Assembly (NCBI GenBank): GCA_033551855.1
Contig: JAWSUI010000036.1
Coordinates: 1-37,868, forward strand
DNA from: Deferrisomatales bacterium
GTDB lineage: Bacteria; Desulfobacterota; Deferrisomatia; Deferrisomatales; JACRMM01
Reading direction: 5' to 3'
DNA length: 37,868 nt
This document shows, in pieces, positions 9,887 to 19,751 of this stretch (within the stretch, counting starts at the first letter, position 1; each line of letters starts with the position of its first letter). The position numbers were made by a program, and so were the translations under genes. Below the pieces are notes generated by a model that searched no databases, had not been told where the DNA came from, and was given only the letters and a program-made list of their open reading frames with translations.

Positions 9887-11428
9887 TCACTTCTTCCGAG
9901 TGAGCTTGTCGCGGAAGAGATCCCCCAGGGTGCCCATGGAACCGCTCGCCTCGGGCTGGCTCGCCCGGTACTCCTGGGCAGCCTGGGCCTCGCGACCCTC
10001 GCCCACGGCCTTGCGGGAGAGGCGGATCCGCCGGCCGCCCTCCCCGACATCGAGGACCACGACCTCCATGGGGTCCTCGGCCCGGAAAGACCGGGAGTGA
10101 TCGGTCCCCCTCGGGGTCCCCATCTCCGCGTTCGGCACGAGCCCCGTGTGCCCGGAAGGAAGGCGGACGAAGACCCCGAAGTCCACCACCTTCTCCACGG
10201 AGCCCTCCACCACGGCCCCGGGAGCGGGCAGGCTCCCCAAGGACTCCTGGTGCCGGTACTCGAGGGAGAGGGAGAGTTTCCGGGCCCCTGCATCCACCCC
10301 CGCGACCTCGACCTCGACCTCCTCCCCCGGCTGGAGCACCTCCTTGGGGTGCTTCACACGCCGGCCCGCCCCCAGGGCGGAGATGTGGACCAGCCCGTCC
10401 ACCCCCGGCTCGAGGGTGACGAAGGCCCCGAAGTTGGTCAGCCGCGCCACCGTGCCGCGCACCCGCTGCCCGACCCGGTACTTCTCGGCGACGCCGTCCC
10501 AGGGGTCGCCACCCAGGGCCTTGAGCGACAGGCTGACCCGGTCGCGCTCCCACTCCACAGCGAGCACCTGGGCCGTGACGTCCTGACCCAGGGAGACCAC
10601 CTCCGCGGGCGACTCCACCCGGGCCCAGCTCATCTCCGAGATCGGGATCAGGGCATCGACGCCGCCCAGGTCCACGAAGGCCCCGAAGCTCTGGATGGAC
10701 CGCACGACCCCCGTCACCACGGCGCCGGGGACGAGCCGCTCCTTGAGCTCCTCCCGGGCCTTGGACCGCTCCTCCTCCAGGAGGGCCCGGCGCGAGACGA
10801 TGATGTTGCGGCCCTTTTCCTTGAACTCGAGCACCCGGAAGGGGAAGGTCTGCCCGGTGTACTCCTGGGCCTCCTTGGGCCAGCGCAGGTCGATCTGGCT
10901 CAGGGGGCAAAAGGCCCGCAACCCGGCGATGCGCACCTCGAACCCGCCCTTCACCGGCTGGGCGACGCGTCCCTCCACGGGGATGCCGCTGCGCCACGCC
11001 TCCTCCAGGGCGGCCAAGGAGGCGCCCCGGGCGCTGACCTTCGTGGTCAGGAGGACCTCTCCGCCCTCCGAGGACAGGACGAAAGCCTCGATCTCGTCGC
11101 CCTCCGCGGGAAGGGCTGCGGCGGGAGGCTGTCCCTCCTCGGCGGGGGGCGCCGTGAACTCCTCCGCCCGGATCCCCCCCTCCTGCTTGGCGCCCAGGCT
11201 CACGAAGACCCAGCCCCCGGAGACCCGGACGACCGTCACCTTGAGCTTCTCGCCCTTGCGCCACCGCACGGGCGTCTGACCCTCGGCGGCCTCCAGCATG
11301 ACGGCGAAGTCCTGGGCGCTCTCGGGCTCGGCTGCCTCTGCCGGACCGGGTTCCCGCCCCACCGACTCACCCGGGGGCAGGGGGGCCTCTTCCCCGGCCG
11401 CGGCCTCGGGCCGTTTCGTCTCGTCCAT
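9887..11428 (-). CDS. rpsA: 30S ribosomal protein S1-like protein (about 5 S1 domains; probable paralog)
   Basis: Repeated S1 motifs (KGGFEV..AFCPLSQID, FGAFVDLGGVDALIPISEMSW, NFGAFVTLEPGVDGLVHIS, DFGVFV), C-terminal GTLGDL; AAGGAGG RBS before ATG 11428. Confidence 0.82.
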   Translation of the reverse strand: MDETKRPEAAAGEEAPLPPGESVGREPGPAEAAEPESAQDFAVMLEAAEGQTPVRWRKGEKLKVTVVRVSGGWVFVSLGAKQEGGIRAEEFTAPPAEEGQPPAAALPAEGDEIEAFVLSSEGGEVLLTTKVSARGASLAALEEAWRSGIPVEGRVAQPVKGGFEVRIAGLRAFCPLSQIDLRWPKEAQEYTGQTFPFRVLEFKEKGRNIIVSRRALLEEERSKAREELKERLVPGAVVTGVVRSIQSFGAFVDLGGVDALIPISEMSWARVESPAEVVSLGQDVTAQVLAVEWERDRVSLSLKALGGDPWDGVAEKYRVGQRVRGTVARLTNFGAFVTLEPGVDGLVHISALGAGRRVKHPKEVLQPGEEVEVEVAGVDAGARKLSLSLEYRHQESLGSLPAPGAVVEGSVEKVVDFGVFVRLPSGHTGLVPNAEMGTPRGTDHSRSFRAEDPMEVVVLDVGEGGRRIRLSRKAVGEGREAQAAQEYRASQPEASGSMGTLGDLFRDKLTRKK

Positions 11429-11705
11429 CGGGGTTTTTCCTCCTTCGGGGCGAAAACTTGGCTGAGGATACACACCCCTTCCGGTGCGGCGCAAGGGCAA
11501 CCGCGCCCCGCCGGGGGTGCGAGGCACGCGGGAACCCGGGGAGTCGACAACCGGGGGACTTCCTCGGGACGAATTCGTCGCGGGCAGAGACGAAGCCGCC
11601 GCGGCGCCCGAGCTTCGAAGCCATCGGCGGAGGCAGGGCCACGCTGGACGGGAGGATTCTGCTGTGCCAACATCATGTGCCTACACTACACGCCGGAGGT
11701 GAACC

Positions 11706-11954
11706 ATGGTCAGAACGCAGATTCAGTTCACCGAAGCTCAGGCACGGAGATTGAAAATCGCCGCCCAGAGGGCCGGAACATCGGTTTCGGAGCTCGTGCG
11801 GCAGTGTGTGGAGCAGCGGCTCGCAGCAGAGCCCGAGGACCGGGCAGCGCTCTACGCGAGGGCAAGCCGGTTGATCGGCCGCTTCGAGGATGCCGAAGGG
11901 GCAACGGACCTATCGTCCCACCACGACCGATACGTCGAGGACGCCTATCGATGA
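11706..11954 (+). CDS. Ribbon-helix-helix (CopG-like) antitoxin
   Basis: MVRTQIQFTE...S.SELVR and C-terminal DLSSHHDRY; GGAGGT RBS; ATGA overlap with the PIN gene. Confidence 0.85.
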   Translation: MVRTQIQFTEAQARRLKIAAQRAGTSVSELVRQCVEQRLAAEPEDRAALYARASRLIGRFEDAEGATDLSSHHDRYVEDAYR

Positions 11955-12349
11955 GCCGCGTCTTCGTCGACACCTCCGCCATCGTCGCCCTCCTCGTCTC
12001 TTCCGACGAGGCCCATGAGAGGGCGGTGGCGGCCTTCGCCGGTCTTCGCCGCCGGTTGGCGTCCCTGGTGACGACGTCCTACGTGCTGGTCGAGACCTAT
12101 GCCCTCCTCGGCCGCCGCCTGGGGCCCGCTGCCGTGGCCTCGTTCCGCACGGACTTTGCACCGCTGCTGGAGGTCGTGTGGATCGGAGAGGAGCTCCACG
12201 ACCGGGGCCTCGACCTCCTGCTCGAGAAGAGCGCCCGCACGTTGAGCCTGGTCGACGCGGTGTCGTTCATCGTGCTCCGGGACCTCAACCTCAGGGAAGT
12301 CTTCGCGTACGACGCCCACTTCGCTTCCGAGGGTTACCCCGCGGCGTGA
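11951..12349 (+). CDS. PIN-domain (VapC-like) toxin
   Basis: VFVDTSAIVAL, TTSYVLVET, SLVDAVSF, FAYDAHF. Confidence 0.9.
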   Translation: MSRVFVDTSAIVALLVSSDEAHERAVAAFAGLRRRLASLVTTSYVLVETYALLGRRLGPAAVASFRTDFAPLLEVVWIGEELHDRGLDLLLEKSARTLSLVDAVSFIVLRDLNLREVFAYDAHFASEGYPAA

Positions 12350-12375
12350 TGGCGTCTCCAGGAACGGCCGCGGCC

Positions 12376-14022
12376 CTACCGAATGCCGAGACGCGCCATC
12401 TTCTTGTACAGGGCGGTGCGGTGGATCCCCAGGGACCGGGCGGCCTGGGCTCGGTTGCCGCCGGCGGCCTCCAGGGCCGCCTCTACTGCGCCGCGCTCGG
12501 CCCGGGCCAGTTCGTCCCCGAGGGTCCCCGGGGCGGCGGCGCCGCGGCTCTCGCTGAGGGCCGGCGGCAGATGGCGGGCCTCGATGGTCACCCCGGGTAC
12601 CTGCCAGGCGAGGCGCCGCATGAGACCCCGCAATTCCCGGATGTTGCCCGGCCAGGCGTAGCGCGCCATGGCGTCGAGGGCGTCGGGGGTGAGCCTCCGG
12701 CTGGGCAGCTTCTCGCGCTGACACACTTCGGCGAGAAAGTGCCGGGCCAGGAGCGGGATGTCACCGGGACGGTCCCGCAGGGGCGGGATCTCCAGGGGGA
12801 TCTCGTGGACCCGGTAGTAGAGGTCGCTGCGAAACTCGCCCCGGGCCACCATGGCACCGAGTTCCCGGTTGGTGGCCACCACCAGGCGGAAGTCGACGGC
12901 CACGGGCGCCGTTCCCCCCAGGCGCTCCACCGCGCGCTCCTCCAGCACCCGCAGCAGCTTGGCCTGGCTGTCCCGGGGCAGCTCACCGGCCTCGTCCAGG
13001 AACAAGGTCCCGCCCGTGGCGAGCTCGAACTTCCCCGGCTTGCCCCGGCGCCGCGCCCCGCTGAAGGCCCCCTCCTCGTACCCGAAGAGCTCGGCTTCGA
13101 TCAGGTCCCGGGGAATGGCGGCGCAGTTCACCGCCACGAAGGGGCCCTTGCGGCGGCGCGAGCCCTGGTGGAGCGCCTGGGCGAAGAGCTCCTTGCCGGT
13201 GCCGCTCTCCCCCAGGAGGAGCACGGTGGCCGAGGAGTCGGCAACGCGGCGGGCCTGCTCGATGCGCCCCAACATCGCCGCGTCGGCGGTGAGGATGTCG
13301 TCGAAGGACCACCGCCGGCCCCGCATCTCGTCCAGGAGCGTCTCGTAGCGCTCCATCTGCCGCTCCATGGCGCGCACGCGGCCGGCGAGCTCCTCCATCT
13401 GCTCCGGGCTCTGGAAGAGGATCCGGCCCACCGCACCCACCACCTGGCCGCCGCGCCGCACGGGCAGGTTGACCGTGACCTTGGTCTGCCCCGCCAGGTC
13501 CATGAGCTGGGCGTGGTCCGGCACCCCGGTGCGGGCGACCTCGGGCAGCCGGCTGCCCGGGGAGAGGTCCGAAAGGAGCAGGCCGGCCGCGGCTCCGCGC
13601 TCCAGCCCAAACCAGGCCTCGTTGCTGGGGCTGAGGAAGGTGACGCGCCCCTGGCCGTCCACGGCCGTGAGGCCCTCGTAGGGGTTGTCCAGTGCGAGGC
13701 GCACCATCTCCTCGTTGACGGCGCGGTCCCCGTAGGGTCCGAGGATGCGGTCGGCGGCGCGCACGGGCCGCACCACCAGTACCTCCACGTCGCCCCGCCC
13801 CTCGGCCTGCACGAACCACTCCTGCCCCCAGAATCGCCACTGCCCCGGCGCCAGATCCCCGAGCTCCTCGGGCAGCGGCGCCCCCGCCGCGAAGCCGAGG
13901 GTGGCGAAGGGGAAAGCGGCGGGGGCGAGGGCGGCCACGCGCCCCGCGCCGTCGAGGAGAGCGACCCCGCAGCGGCAGTACTCAGCGGTGCGGAGCGTAG
14001 GGGGAGCGAGGGGTGTCTCCAT
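12376..14022 (-). CDS. Sigma54-dependent transcriptional activator (PAS, AAA+, Fis-type HTH)
   Basis: GESGTGKELFA, NCAAIP, ELFGYEEGAFSGA, LFLDE, VVATNR, FRSDLYYR, WPGNIREL, AARSLGIHRTALYKK. Confidence 0.95.
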   Translation of the reverse strand: METPLAPPTLRTAEYCRCGVALLDGAGRVAALAPAAFPFATLGFAAGAPLPEELGDLAPGQWRFWGQEWFVQAEGRGDVEVLVVRPVRAADRILGPYGDRAVNEEMVRLALDNPYEGLTAVDGQGRVTFLSPSNEAWFGLERGAAAGLLLSDLSPGSRLPEVARTGVPDHAQLMDLAGQTKVTVNLPVRRGGQVVGAVGRILFQSPEQMEELAGRVRAMERQMERYETLLDEMRGRRWSFDDILTADAAMLGRIEQARRVADSSATVLLLGESGTGKELFAQALHQGSRRRKGPFVAVNCAAIPRDLIEAELFGYEEGAFSGARRRGKPGKFELATGGTLFLDEAGELPRDSQAKLLRVLEERAVERLGGTAPVAVDFRLVVATNRELGAMVARGEFRSDLYYRVHEIPLEIPPLRDRPGDIPLLARHFLAEVCQREKLPSRRLTPDALDAMARYAWPGNIRELRGLMRRLAWQVPGVTIEARHLPPALSESRGAAAPGTLGDELARAERGAVEAALEAAGGNRAQAARSLGIHRTALYKKMARLGIR

Positions 14023-14030
14023 GAGGGTTC

Positions 14031-14110
14031 ATGTCTCCGCAGGTCTACATTAAGGCGCAGACCCTTCCGGGCCACGACCTCTCGCAGGTTGGTGTATCCC
14101 AAGATCTACA
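14031..14110. promoter_or_regulatory. Two TGT-N12-ACA upstream activator sites
   Basis: TGTCTCCGCAGGTCTACA (14032-14049) and TGTATCCCAAGATCTACA (14093-14110), 100-180 bp upstream of the sigma54 promoter. Confidence 0.65.
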
Positions 14111-14208
14111 TGCGGCCATCTTAGCAGACGGGTCGGCCGGAGGCTATCCCCCGGTCCCAGGGCCGTCGTTGCTCGCCAGAAGCCGCGGAAGCACTTCCCG
14201 GCATCCGC

Positions 14209-14225
14209 TTGGCACGGCGTTTGTA
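14209..14225 (+). promoter_or_regulatory. Sigma54 -24/-12 promoter of the acyl-CoA catabolic operon
   Basis: TTGGCACGGCGTTTGTA matches YTGGCACG-N4-TTGC except for GT at -12; adjacent to the divergent activator gene. Confidence 0.75.
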
Positions 14226-14311
14226 AGGGCCCCCGGGCAAGGGGCCGAAGTCGGCGGGCTTCGGCGAGCCCTGGCCCCCCGGTTGCCATCCGAGAGACCA
14301 GGAGTAGAGCG

Positions 14312-15982
14312 ATGACGCACAACGGCAGCTTCACCTACGATACGACCATGTTTCGCGACACCTTCGAAAACGAGTTCACCTACTACGCCGGGTTCCTCCG
14401 CAATGCCCATCGGTACGCGGGCAACGTCGCCATCACCTGCCCCATCCGCGAGAGGGAGTGGACGTACCTGGACCTGGCGCAGGAGTGCAACCGCCTCGCC
14501 CACGCGCTGCGGCGGGACGACGTCGCCAAGCCCGACGTGGTCATGTACCAGATGTTCAACAGCGCCGAGTGGACGTTCCTGTACCTGGCGCCCCAGCAGC
14601 TCGGGGCCATCAACTGCCCGATCAACTTCCGGCTCTCCTACGGGGAGACCGCCTACACCATCGACGACAGCAAGCCGAAGGTCTTCTTCTACGACGCCGA
14701 GCTCTCCGTCATGGTCGAAAAGGCGCTCCGGACCGCCCGGCACAAACCCGACCGGGTGGTGATGGTCGACGGCGGCGGCGGCGCCGTGCCCATCGCCGGG
14801 GCGGTGCCCTACGGGGAGTACGTCGAGGGCTGCCCGGACACCGACGTCGGCATCCGCCGCCCCACCCACATCTACGACGAGACCACGCGGCTCTACACCT
14901 CGGGCACCACGGGGATGCCCAAGGGCGTGCCCTTGAACAACGTCAACGAGATCTTCAGCGCCCACGACGTGATCATGCACTTCCCCCTCTCCCCCGCGGA
15001 CAAGACCCTCAACATGACGCCTTGGTTCCACCGGGGCGGCCTCTACTCCGGCGGGCCGAACCCGACCCTCTACGTGGGCGCCGGGCTCATGCCCCTGCGG
15101 CAGTTCGACGCGGCGACGGTCTTGAACCTGGTGGAGCGCCACGGCCTGACGTTCCTCATCGGGGCGCCCGTGACCCTCCAGGCCCTCCACGACGAGCAGC
15201 TCAGGAAGCCCCGCGACCTCGGCCGCCTCAAGGGCATCGTCACTATGGGCGCGCCCTTGGATCGGGCGTCGTGCATCCGGTTCCAACAGGTGCTCACCCC
15301 CAACATCTTCAACGGCTACGGGTCGACCGAGGGGTTCTGGAACACCTTCCTTCGGCCCTTCGATCTGCCCGACATGGCAGGCGCCGCCGGCCGCTCCTGC
15401 ACCGACGACGACATGGCGGTCGTGAAGATGTATCCCGGCCGCTTGGCCGAGCCCGACGACCACGTCGCGAAGGACAACGAGGAGGTGGGGGAGATCATCG
15501 TCAAGCCGAGCGCCAAGTGCTCCTACACCTATATCAACAAGCCCGACGAGGCCAAGGCGAAGTACTACAAGGGCTGGCTCTACATCGGCGACCTCGGCAG
15601 GTGGAACGAGCAAGAGTACGTGACGGTCGTCGGCCGCAAGGACGACATGCTCATCAGCGGCGGCGAGAACATCCAGCCCCCCCAGGTCGAGGCCGCGCTC
15701 AAGGAGCATCCGGACGTCGCGGACAGCCTCGTGGTCGGCATGCCGGACGCCAAATGGGGACAGGTGGTGGTGGCCTACGTGCGGGCCCGGGACTCGGGGT
15801 TGACCGCCAAGGAGTTGGACGCGTTCCTCCTTCGGCACCCGATGCTCGCGAACTACAAGCGCCCCCGGTACTACCGCTTCGTGGATGCCCTGCCCCTGAC
15901 GGCCACCGGCAAGAAGATGCACTACAAGATCCGGCAGCAGGTCCACGACGACGATTGCGCGGGGCTGCTCACCAAGGTCTGA
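14312..15982 (+). CDS. AMP-forming acyl-CoA synthetase (candidate cyclohexanecarboxylate-CoA ligase)
   Basis: [12 protein letters not shown]-loop, [32 protein letters not shown]; substrate inferred from context. Confidence 0.9.
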   Translation: MTHNGSFTYDTTMFRDTFENEFTYYAGFLRNAHRYAGNVAITCPIREREWTYLDLAQECNRLAHALRRDDVAKPDVVMYQMFNSAEWTFLYLAPQQLGAINCPINFRLSYGETAYTIDDSKPKVFFYDAELSVMVEKALRTARHKPDRVVMVDGGGGAVPIAGAVPYGEYVEGCPDTDVGIRRPTHIYDETTRLYTSGTTGMPKGVPLNNVNEIFSAHDVIMHFPLSPADKTLNMTPWFHRGGLYSGGPNPTLYVGAGLMPLRQFDAATVLNLVERHGLTFLIGAPVTLQALHDEQLRKPRDLGRLKGIVTMGAPLDRASCIRFQQVLTPNIFNGYGSTEGFWNTFLRPFDLPDMAGAAGRSCTDDDMAVVKMYPGRLAEPDDHVAKDNEEVGEIIVKPSAKCSYTYINKPDEAKAKYYKGWLYIGDLGRWNEQEYVTVVGRKDDMLISGGENIQPPQVEAALKEHPDVADSLVVGMPDAKWGQVVVAYVRARDSGLTAKELDAFLLRHPMLANYKRPRYYRFVDALPLTATGKKMHYKIRQQVHDDDCAGLLTKV

Positions 15983-16028
15983 CCCGAAAGAACGCCCGAG
16001 CCCGGGCCCCAACAGAACGGGAGTCGCC

Positions 16029-17177
16029 ATGTTCGCCACCACCGAAGAGCTGCGCATCCTGCGGGACACGGTCCGCCGAGCGGCCCGGGAGCGCATCGCG
16101 CCCCTGGCCCCGTCCATCGACGCCGCCGGGGAGTTCAACCGCGACGTAGAGGCCCTGTGCTGGGACCTGGGGCTCCTCACCCTCATCTTTCCGCCCCAGT
16201 ACGGCGGCGCCGAGCGGGACCAGGGCACGGCCCTGTGCATCGCGGTGGAGGAGATCGCCCGCCACTGCGCCTCCTCCGCGCTTCTCCTGATCATCCAGGC
16301 GGTTGGCAGCTTCCCCATCCTCCACGGCGCCCCGCCGGAGGTCCTGGAACGCGTGCTGCCCCGGATCGCCGAGAACCGGGAGCTCGCCGCCTACCTGGTC
16401 ACCGAGCCCTCGGCGGGCTCCGACGTGGGGGCCGTCCGCACCACGGCGGTCCGGGACGGGAGCGAGTACGTCCTCGCCGGAACCAAGTGCTTCGCCACCA
16501 ACGGCGGCGTGGCATCCGTCTACTCCTGCCTGGCGCGCACCTCGCACGCCCCGGGGCGCGACGGCCTCTCGTTCTTCCTGGTGGAGCGCGAACGTCCGGG
16601 CCTCAAGGTGGGCAAGGTGGAGAAGAAGCTGGGCCAGAAGGGCTCCAACACCACCGAGGTGATCCTCGACGAGGTCCGGGTGCCCGCCGAGAACCTCCTG
16701 GGCCAGGAAGGCAAGGGGTTCCTCCTGGCCATGAAGGACTTCGACATGTCCCGCCCGGCCATCGGCGCCCAGGCCCTGGGGATCGCCGAGGGGGCTTTGG
16801 CCGAGATGGTGACGTACACCTCCCAGCGAAAGACCTTCGGCAAGGCCCTGTGCGAGCACCAGATGATCCAGCAGATCCTCGCCGACAGCGCCACCCTGGT
16901 CGAGGCATCGAGGGGGCTCGTCTATCGGGCCGCGCGCCTCTTCGACGACGGGCAGCGCAACACCAAGCTCGCCTCCATGGCCAAGGTGTTCGCCTCGGAC
17001 GCGGCCATGAAGATCACCACCGACGCCGTCCAGGTGTTCGGGGGATACGGCTACATGCACGACTACCCGGTGGAGCGGATGTTCCGCGACGCCAAGCTCA
17101 CCCAGATCTTCGAGGGCGCCAACCAGATCCAGCGCCTGGTGATCGCGCGGGAGCTCTTGAAGGAAAGTCCTGCCTAG
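16029..17177 (+). CDS. Cyclohexanecarboxyl-CoA dehydrogenase (acyl-CoA dehydrogenase)
   Basis: ACAD motifs ([24 protein letters not shown]); [18 protein letters not shown] and [12 protein letters not shown] recall the Syntrophus/Geobacter enzyme (from memory). Confidence 0.82.
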   Translation: MFATTEELRILRDTVRRAARERIAPLAPSIDAAGEFNRDVEALCWDLGLLTLIFPPQYGGAERDQGTALCIAVEEIARHCASSALLLIIQAVGSFPILHGAPPEVLERVLPRIAENRELAAYLVTEPSAGSDVGAVRTTAVRDGSEYVLAGTKCFATNGGVASVYSCLARTSHAPGRDGLSFFLVERERPGLKVGKVEKKLGQKGSNTTEVILDEVRVPAENLLGQEGKGFLLAMKDFDMSRPAIGAQALGIAEGALAEMVTYTSQRKTFGKALCEHQMIQQILADSATLVEASRGLVYRAARLFDDGQRNTKLASMAKVFASDAAMKITTDAVQVFGGYGYMHDYPVERMFRDAKLTQIFEGANQIQRLVIARELLKESPA

Positions 17178-17182
17178 ATCTT

Positions 17183-17211
17183 ATAGGTCCTATAGGACGT
17201 ATAGGACCTAT
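17183..17211. repeat. AT-rich 9-mer repeat forming a perfect 12-bp hairpin
   Basis: ATAGGTCCTATA-GGACG-TATAGGACCTAT; also reads as three TATAGGNNN units. Confidence 0.75.
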
Positions 17212-17238
17212 CTCAACAAGTCTTGTGGAGGTACTTCA

Positions 17239-18385
17239 ATGAACCGCCTGACCGAAGAACAGAAGATCGCTCTCGACATGGTGCGCAAGGTGGCCGACCG
17301 GGAGATCGCGCCCCTGGCCAAGGAACTGGACGAGAAGGGGCTGTTCCCCGAGCGCGCCCGCGACCTCTTCGCCGAGCTCGGCCTCCTGAATCCCCTTCTG
17401 CCCACCGAGTATGGCGGGCCCGGCATGGGGATCTCCACCATGGTCTTGATCCTGGAGGAGATCGCCCGCGTCTGCGCCGCCACCTCGCTGCTGCTCGTGG
17501 CCCAGGCCGACGGCATGCTGCCGATCCTCCACGGGGGCAGCGAGGAACTCAAGAGGAAGTATCTGTCCCGCCTGGGCGGCGATTCCAGGCTCCTCACGGC
17601 CCTGGCCGCCACCGAGCCTTCGGCCGGCTCGGACCTCCTGGCCATGAAGACCCGGGCCGTGCGCAAGGGAGACAGCTACGTCCTCAACGGGCAGAAGTGC
17701 TTCATCACCAACGGCTCGGTGGCCGACCTCCTCTCGGTCTACGCCTATACCGACCCTTCCAAGAGCGCCTGGGGCATCAGCGCCTTCGTCGTGGAGAAGG
17801 GGTCTCCGGGCCTGAAGTACGGGCGCAACGAATCCAAGATGGGAATGCGGGGGTCCGTCAACTCGGAGCTCTTCTTCGAGGACCTGGAAGTCCCGGCGGA
17901 GAACCGCATCGGGGACGAGGGCACCGGGTTTGCCAACCTCATGCAAACCCTCTCGGTGAACCGCCTCTTCTGCGCGGCCCAGGCCGTGGGCATCGCCCAG
18001 GGGGCCCTGGACGAGGCCACCCGCCACGCCCGGGAGCGCGTCCAGTTCGGCAAGTCGATCGCGCATCTCGCGCCCGTCGAGTTCATGATCGCGGACATGG
18101 CCACGGGCGCGGAAGCGGCCCGCCTCCTCACCCGCAAGGCCGCCGCCCTCTTCGACGCCGGCGAGCCCCGGCAGGCAGCCCTCTACGGCGGGATGGCCAA
18201 GACCCTGGCGAGCGACACCGCCATGCAGGTCACCACGGATGCGGTCCAGGTCATGGGCGGGTACGGGTACATGAAGGACAACGGGGTCGAGCGCATGATG
18301 CGCGACGCCAAGCTCCCCCCGGATCTACACCGGCACGAACCAGATCACCCGGCTCGTCACGGGCCGGGCGCTGCTGCTCGGGTGA
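17239..18385 (+). CDS. Cyclohex-1-ene-1-carboxyl-CoA dehydrogenase with +1 frameshift at about 18315-18322 (error or pseudogene)
   Basis: [48 protein letters not shown]; the native C-terminus IYTGTNQITRLVTGRALL (Thr in place of the catalytic Glu) lies in the shifted frame and ends at TGA 18385; as sequenced the ORF runs to 18405. Confidence 0.8.
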
Positions 18386-18422
18386 TCTGCTGCTGCCGAG
18401 AATAGGCGCGCGGCGCGACGAT

Positions 18423-18794
18423 CTCTCCCTCGCCCCCTTGGGGGAGAGGGTCGAGGTGAGGGGCTGGGGCTTCAGCCGCGGGGCGGGGACCCCCCCTCAC
18501 TCTGGCCCTCTCCCCCGGAGGGGAGTGGTAGGGCAGGCACAGCCCACCGGTTTCCCGTCGTGGCCGTGGCCAGAATCCACCACCAAATCTTTGGGGAGGG
18601 GTCCGGGAGCCCTGGAGCGGAAGGCCGTGCCGCCTCGACCGAACTGCGGCAGCTCGGCCGAAACCCGTGAGCTCGGCGCACCGGCTCCGTCGGAGACGCC
18701 GCCTCCGCCCATGGCGGATTGCGGGGAGGAGCGCAAGGGCTCCCGGACCCCGCTTGCCCCCCAGGCGGTGGCTCGTGGGTGGTGCCCACCCTTC
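18423..18794. repeat. Cluster of REP-like palindromes with nested inverted repeats
   Basis: CCCTC..CCCC/GGGGAGAGGG-type pair at 18423-18525; GTAG-type REP arms at 18528-18548 and 18775-18794; perfect 16-bp IR at 18598-18613/18736-18751. Confidence 0.7.
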
Positions 18795-18901
18795 TTTGTC
18801 GGGTCTGCCTGGGGTTCCCCGCGATCGTCATGCACCTCCCCAAGCTCTTGCGGTGAACGATGTCCGTACCAGCGGGCTCAGCCTGGCGATAGGAGACCAC
18901 C

Positions 18902-19696
18902 ATGACCTACTCCGAGATCCTTTACGACAAGACCGACGGTGTGGCGACCGTGACGATCAACCGGCCGCGGCAATACAACGCCTGCACCCCTGTGACCGTG
19001 TACGAGCGCACCCAGGCCCTGACCGACGCCTGGGTGGACCCCTCCGTGGGGGTGGTGGTGCTCACCGGCGCGGGCGACAAAGCGTTCTGCACCGGCGGGG
19101 ACCAGACCCTGCGGGACCGTGGCGGCTACGAGGGCACCGTGGCCGCCCTCCCCCTCGAGGTGGGCTGGCAGCAGGTCACGGGCCTCATCCGCAGCATCCC
19201 CAAGCCGGTGATCGCCCGCGTCAACGGCTACGCCATCGGCGGCGGCCACGTGTTCCACGTGGCGTGCGACCTCTCCATCGCCAGTGAGACCGCCCAGTTC
19301 GGGCAGGCCGGCCCCCGGGTGGGGAGCTTCGACCCGGGGTTCGGCACCGGCGACCTGGCCCGGGCCGTGGGCATGAAAAAGGCCAAGGAGATCTGGTTTC
19401 TGTGCCGTCGGTATACCGCCGGCCAGGCGCTGGAGATGGGCTCGGTGAACGCCGTGGTGCCGGCCGCCGAGCTCGACCGGGAGGTCGCGGGCTGGTGCCG
19501 AGAGCTCCTGGACAAGGGCCCCACGGCCCTCAAGATGCTCAAGCACGCCTTCCACGCCGAGACCGACGGCGTAGCCGGCATCACCAACCTCGGCGTGGGC
19601 GGCCTGAGCATGTACTACGGCACCGACGAAGCCCTGGAGGGCCGAAACGCCTTCGTGGAGAAGCGGCCCCCGGAGTTCGGGAAGTTTCGCAAGTAG
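18902..19696 (+). CDS. MenB/BadI-family crotonase (candidate 2-ketocyclohexanecarboxyl-CoA hydrolase)
   Basis: AFCTGGDQ, PKPVIARVNGYAIGGGH, FGQAGPRVGSFDPGFG, KKAKEIWFLCRRY, YYGTDEA.EGRNAF; no men genes nearby and the context is catabolic. Confidence 0.8.
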   Translation: MTYSEILYDKTDGVATVTINRPRQYNACTPVTVYERTQALTDAWVDPSVGVVVLTGAGDKAFCTGGDQTLRDRGGYEGTVAALPLEVGWQQVTGLIRSIPKPVIARVNGYAIGGGHVFHVACDLSIASETAQFGQAGPRVGSFDPGFGTGDLARAVGMKKAKEIWFLCRRYTAGQALEMGSVNAVVPAAELDREVAGWCRELLDKGPTALKMLKHAFHAETDGVAGITNLGVGGLSMYYGTDEALEGRNAFVEKRPPEFGKFRK

Positions 19697-19751
19697 AAGG
19701 TGCAGGCCGTTGCCCCGGCGGGGCCCCAGAGGAGGAAGAGGAGGACCGAGC

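Noticed and set aside
18902..19696. Firm menB (menaquinone biosynthesis) assignment
   Set aside because: The sequence is intermediate between MenB and BadI and no other men genes are adjacent; left at family level
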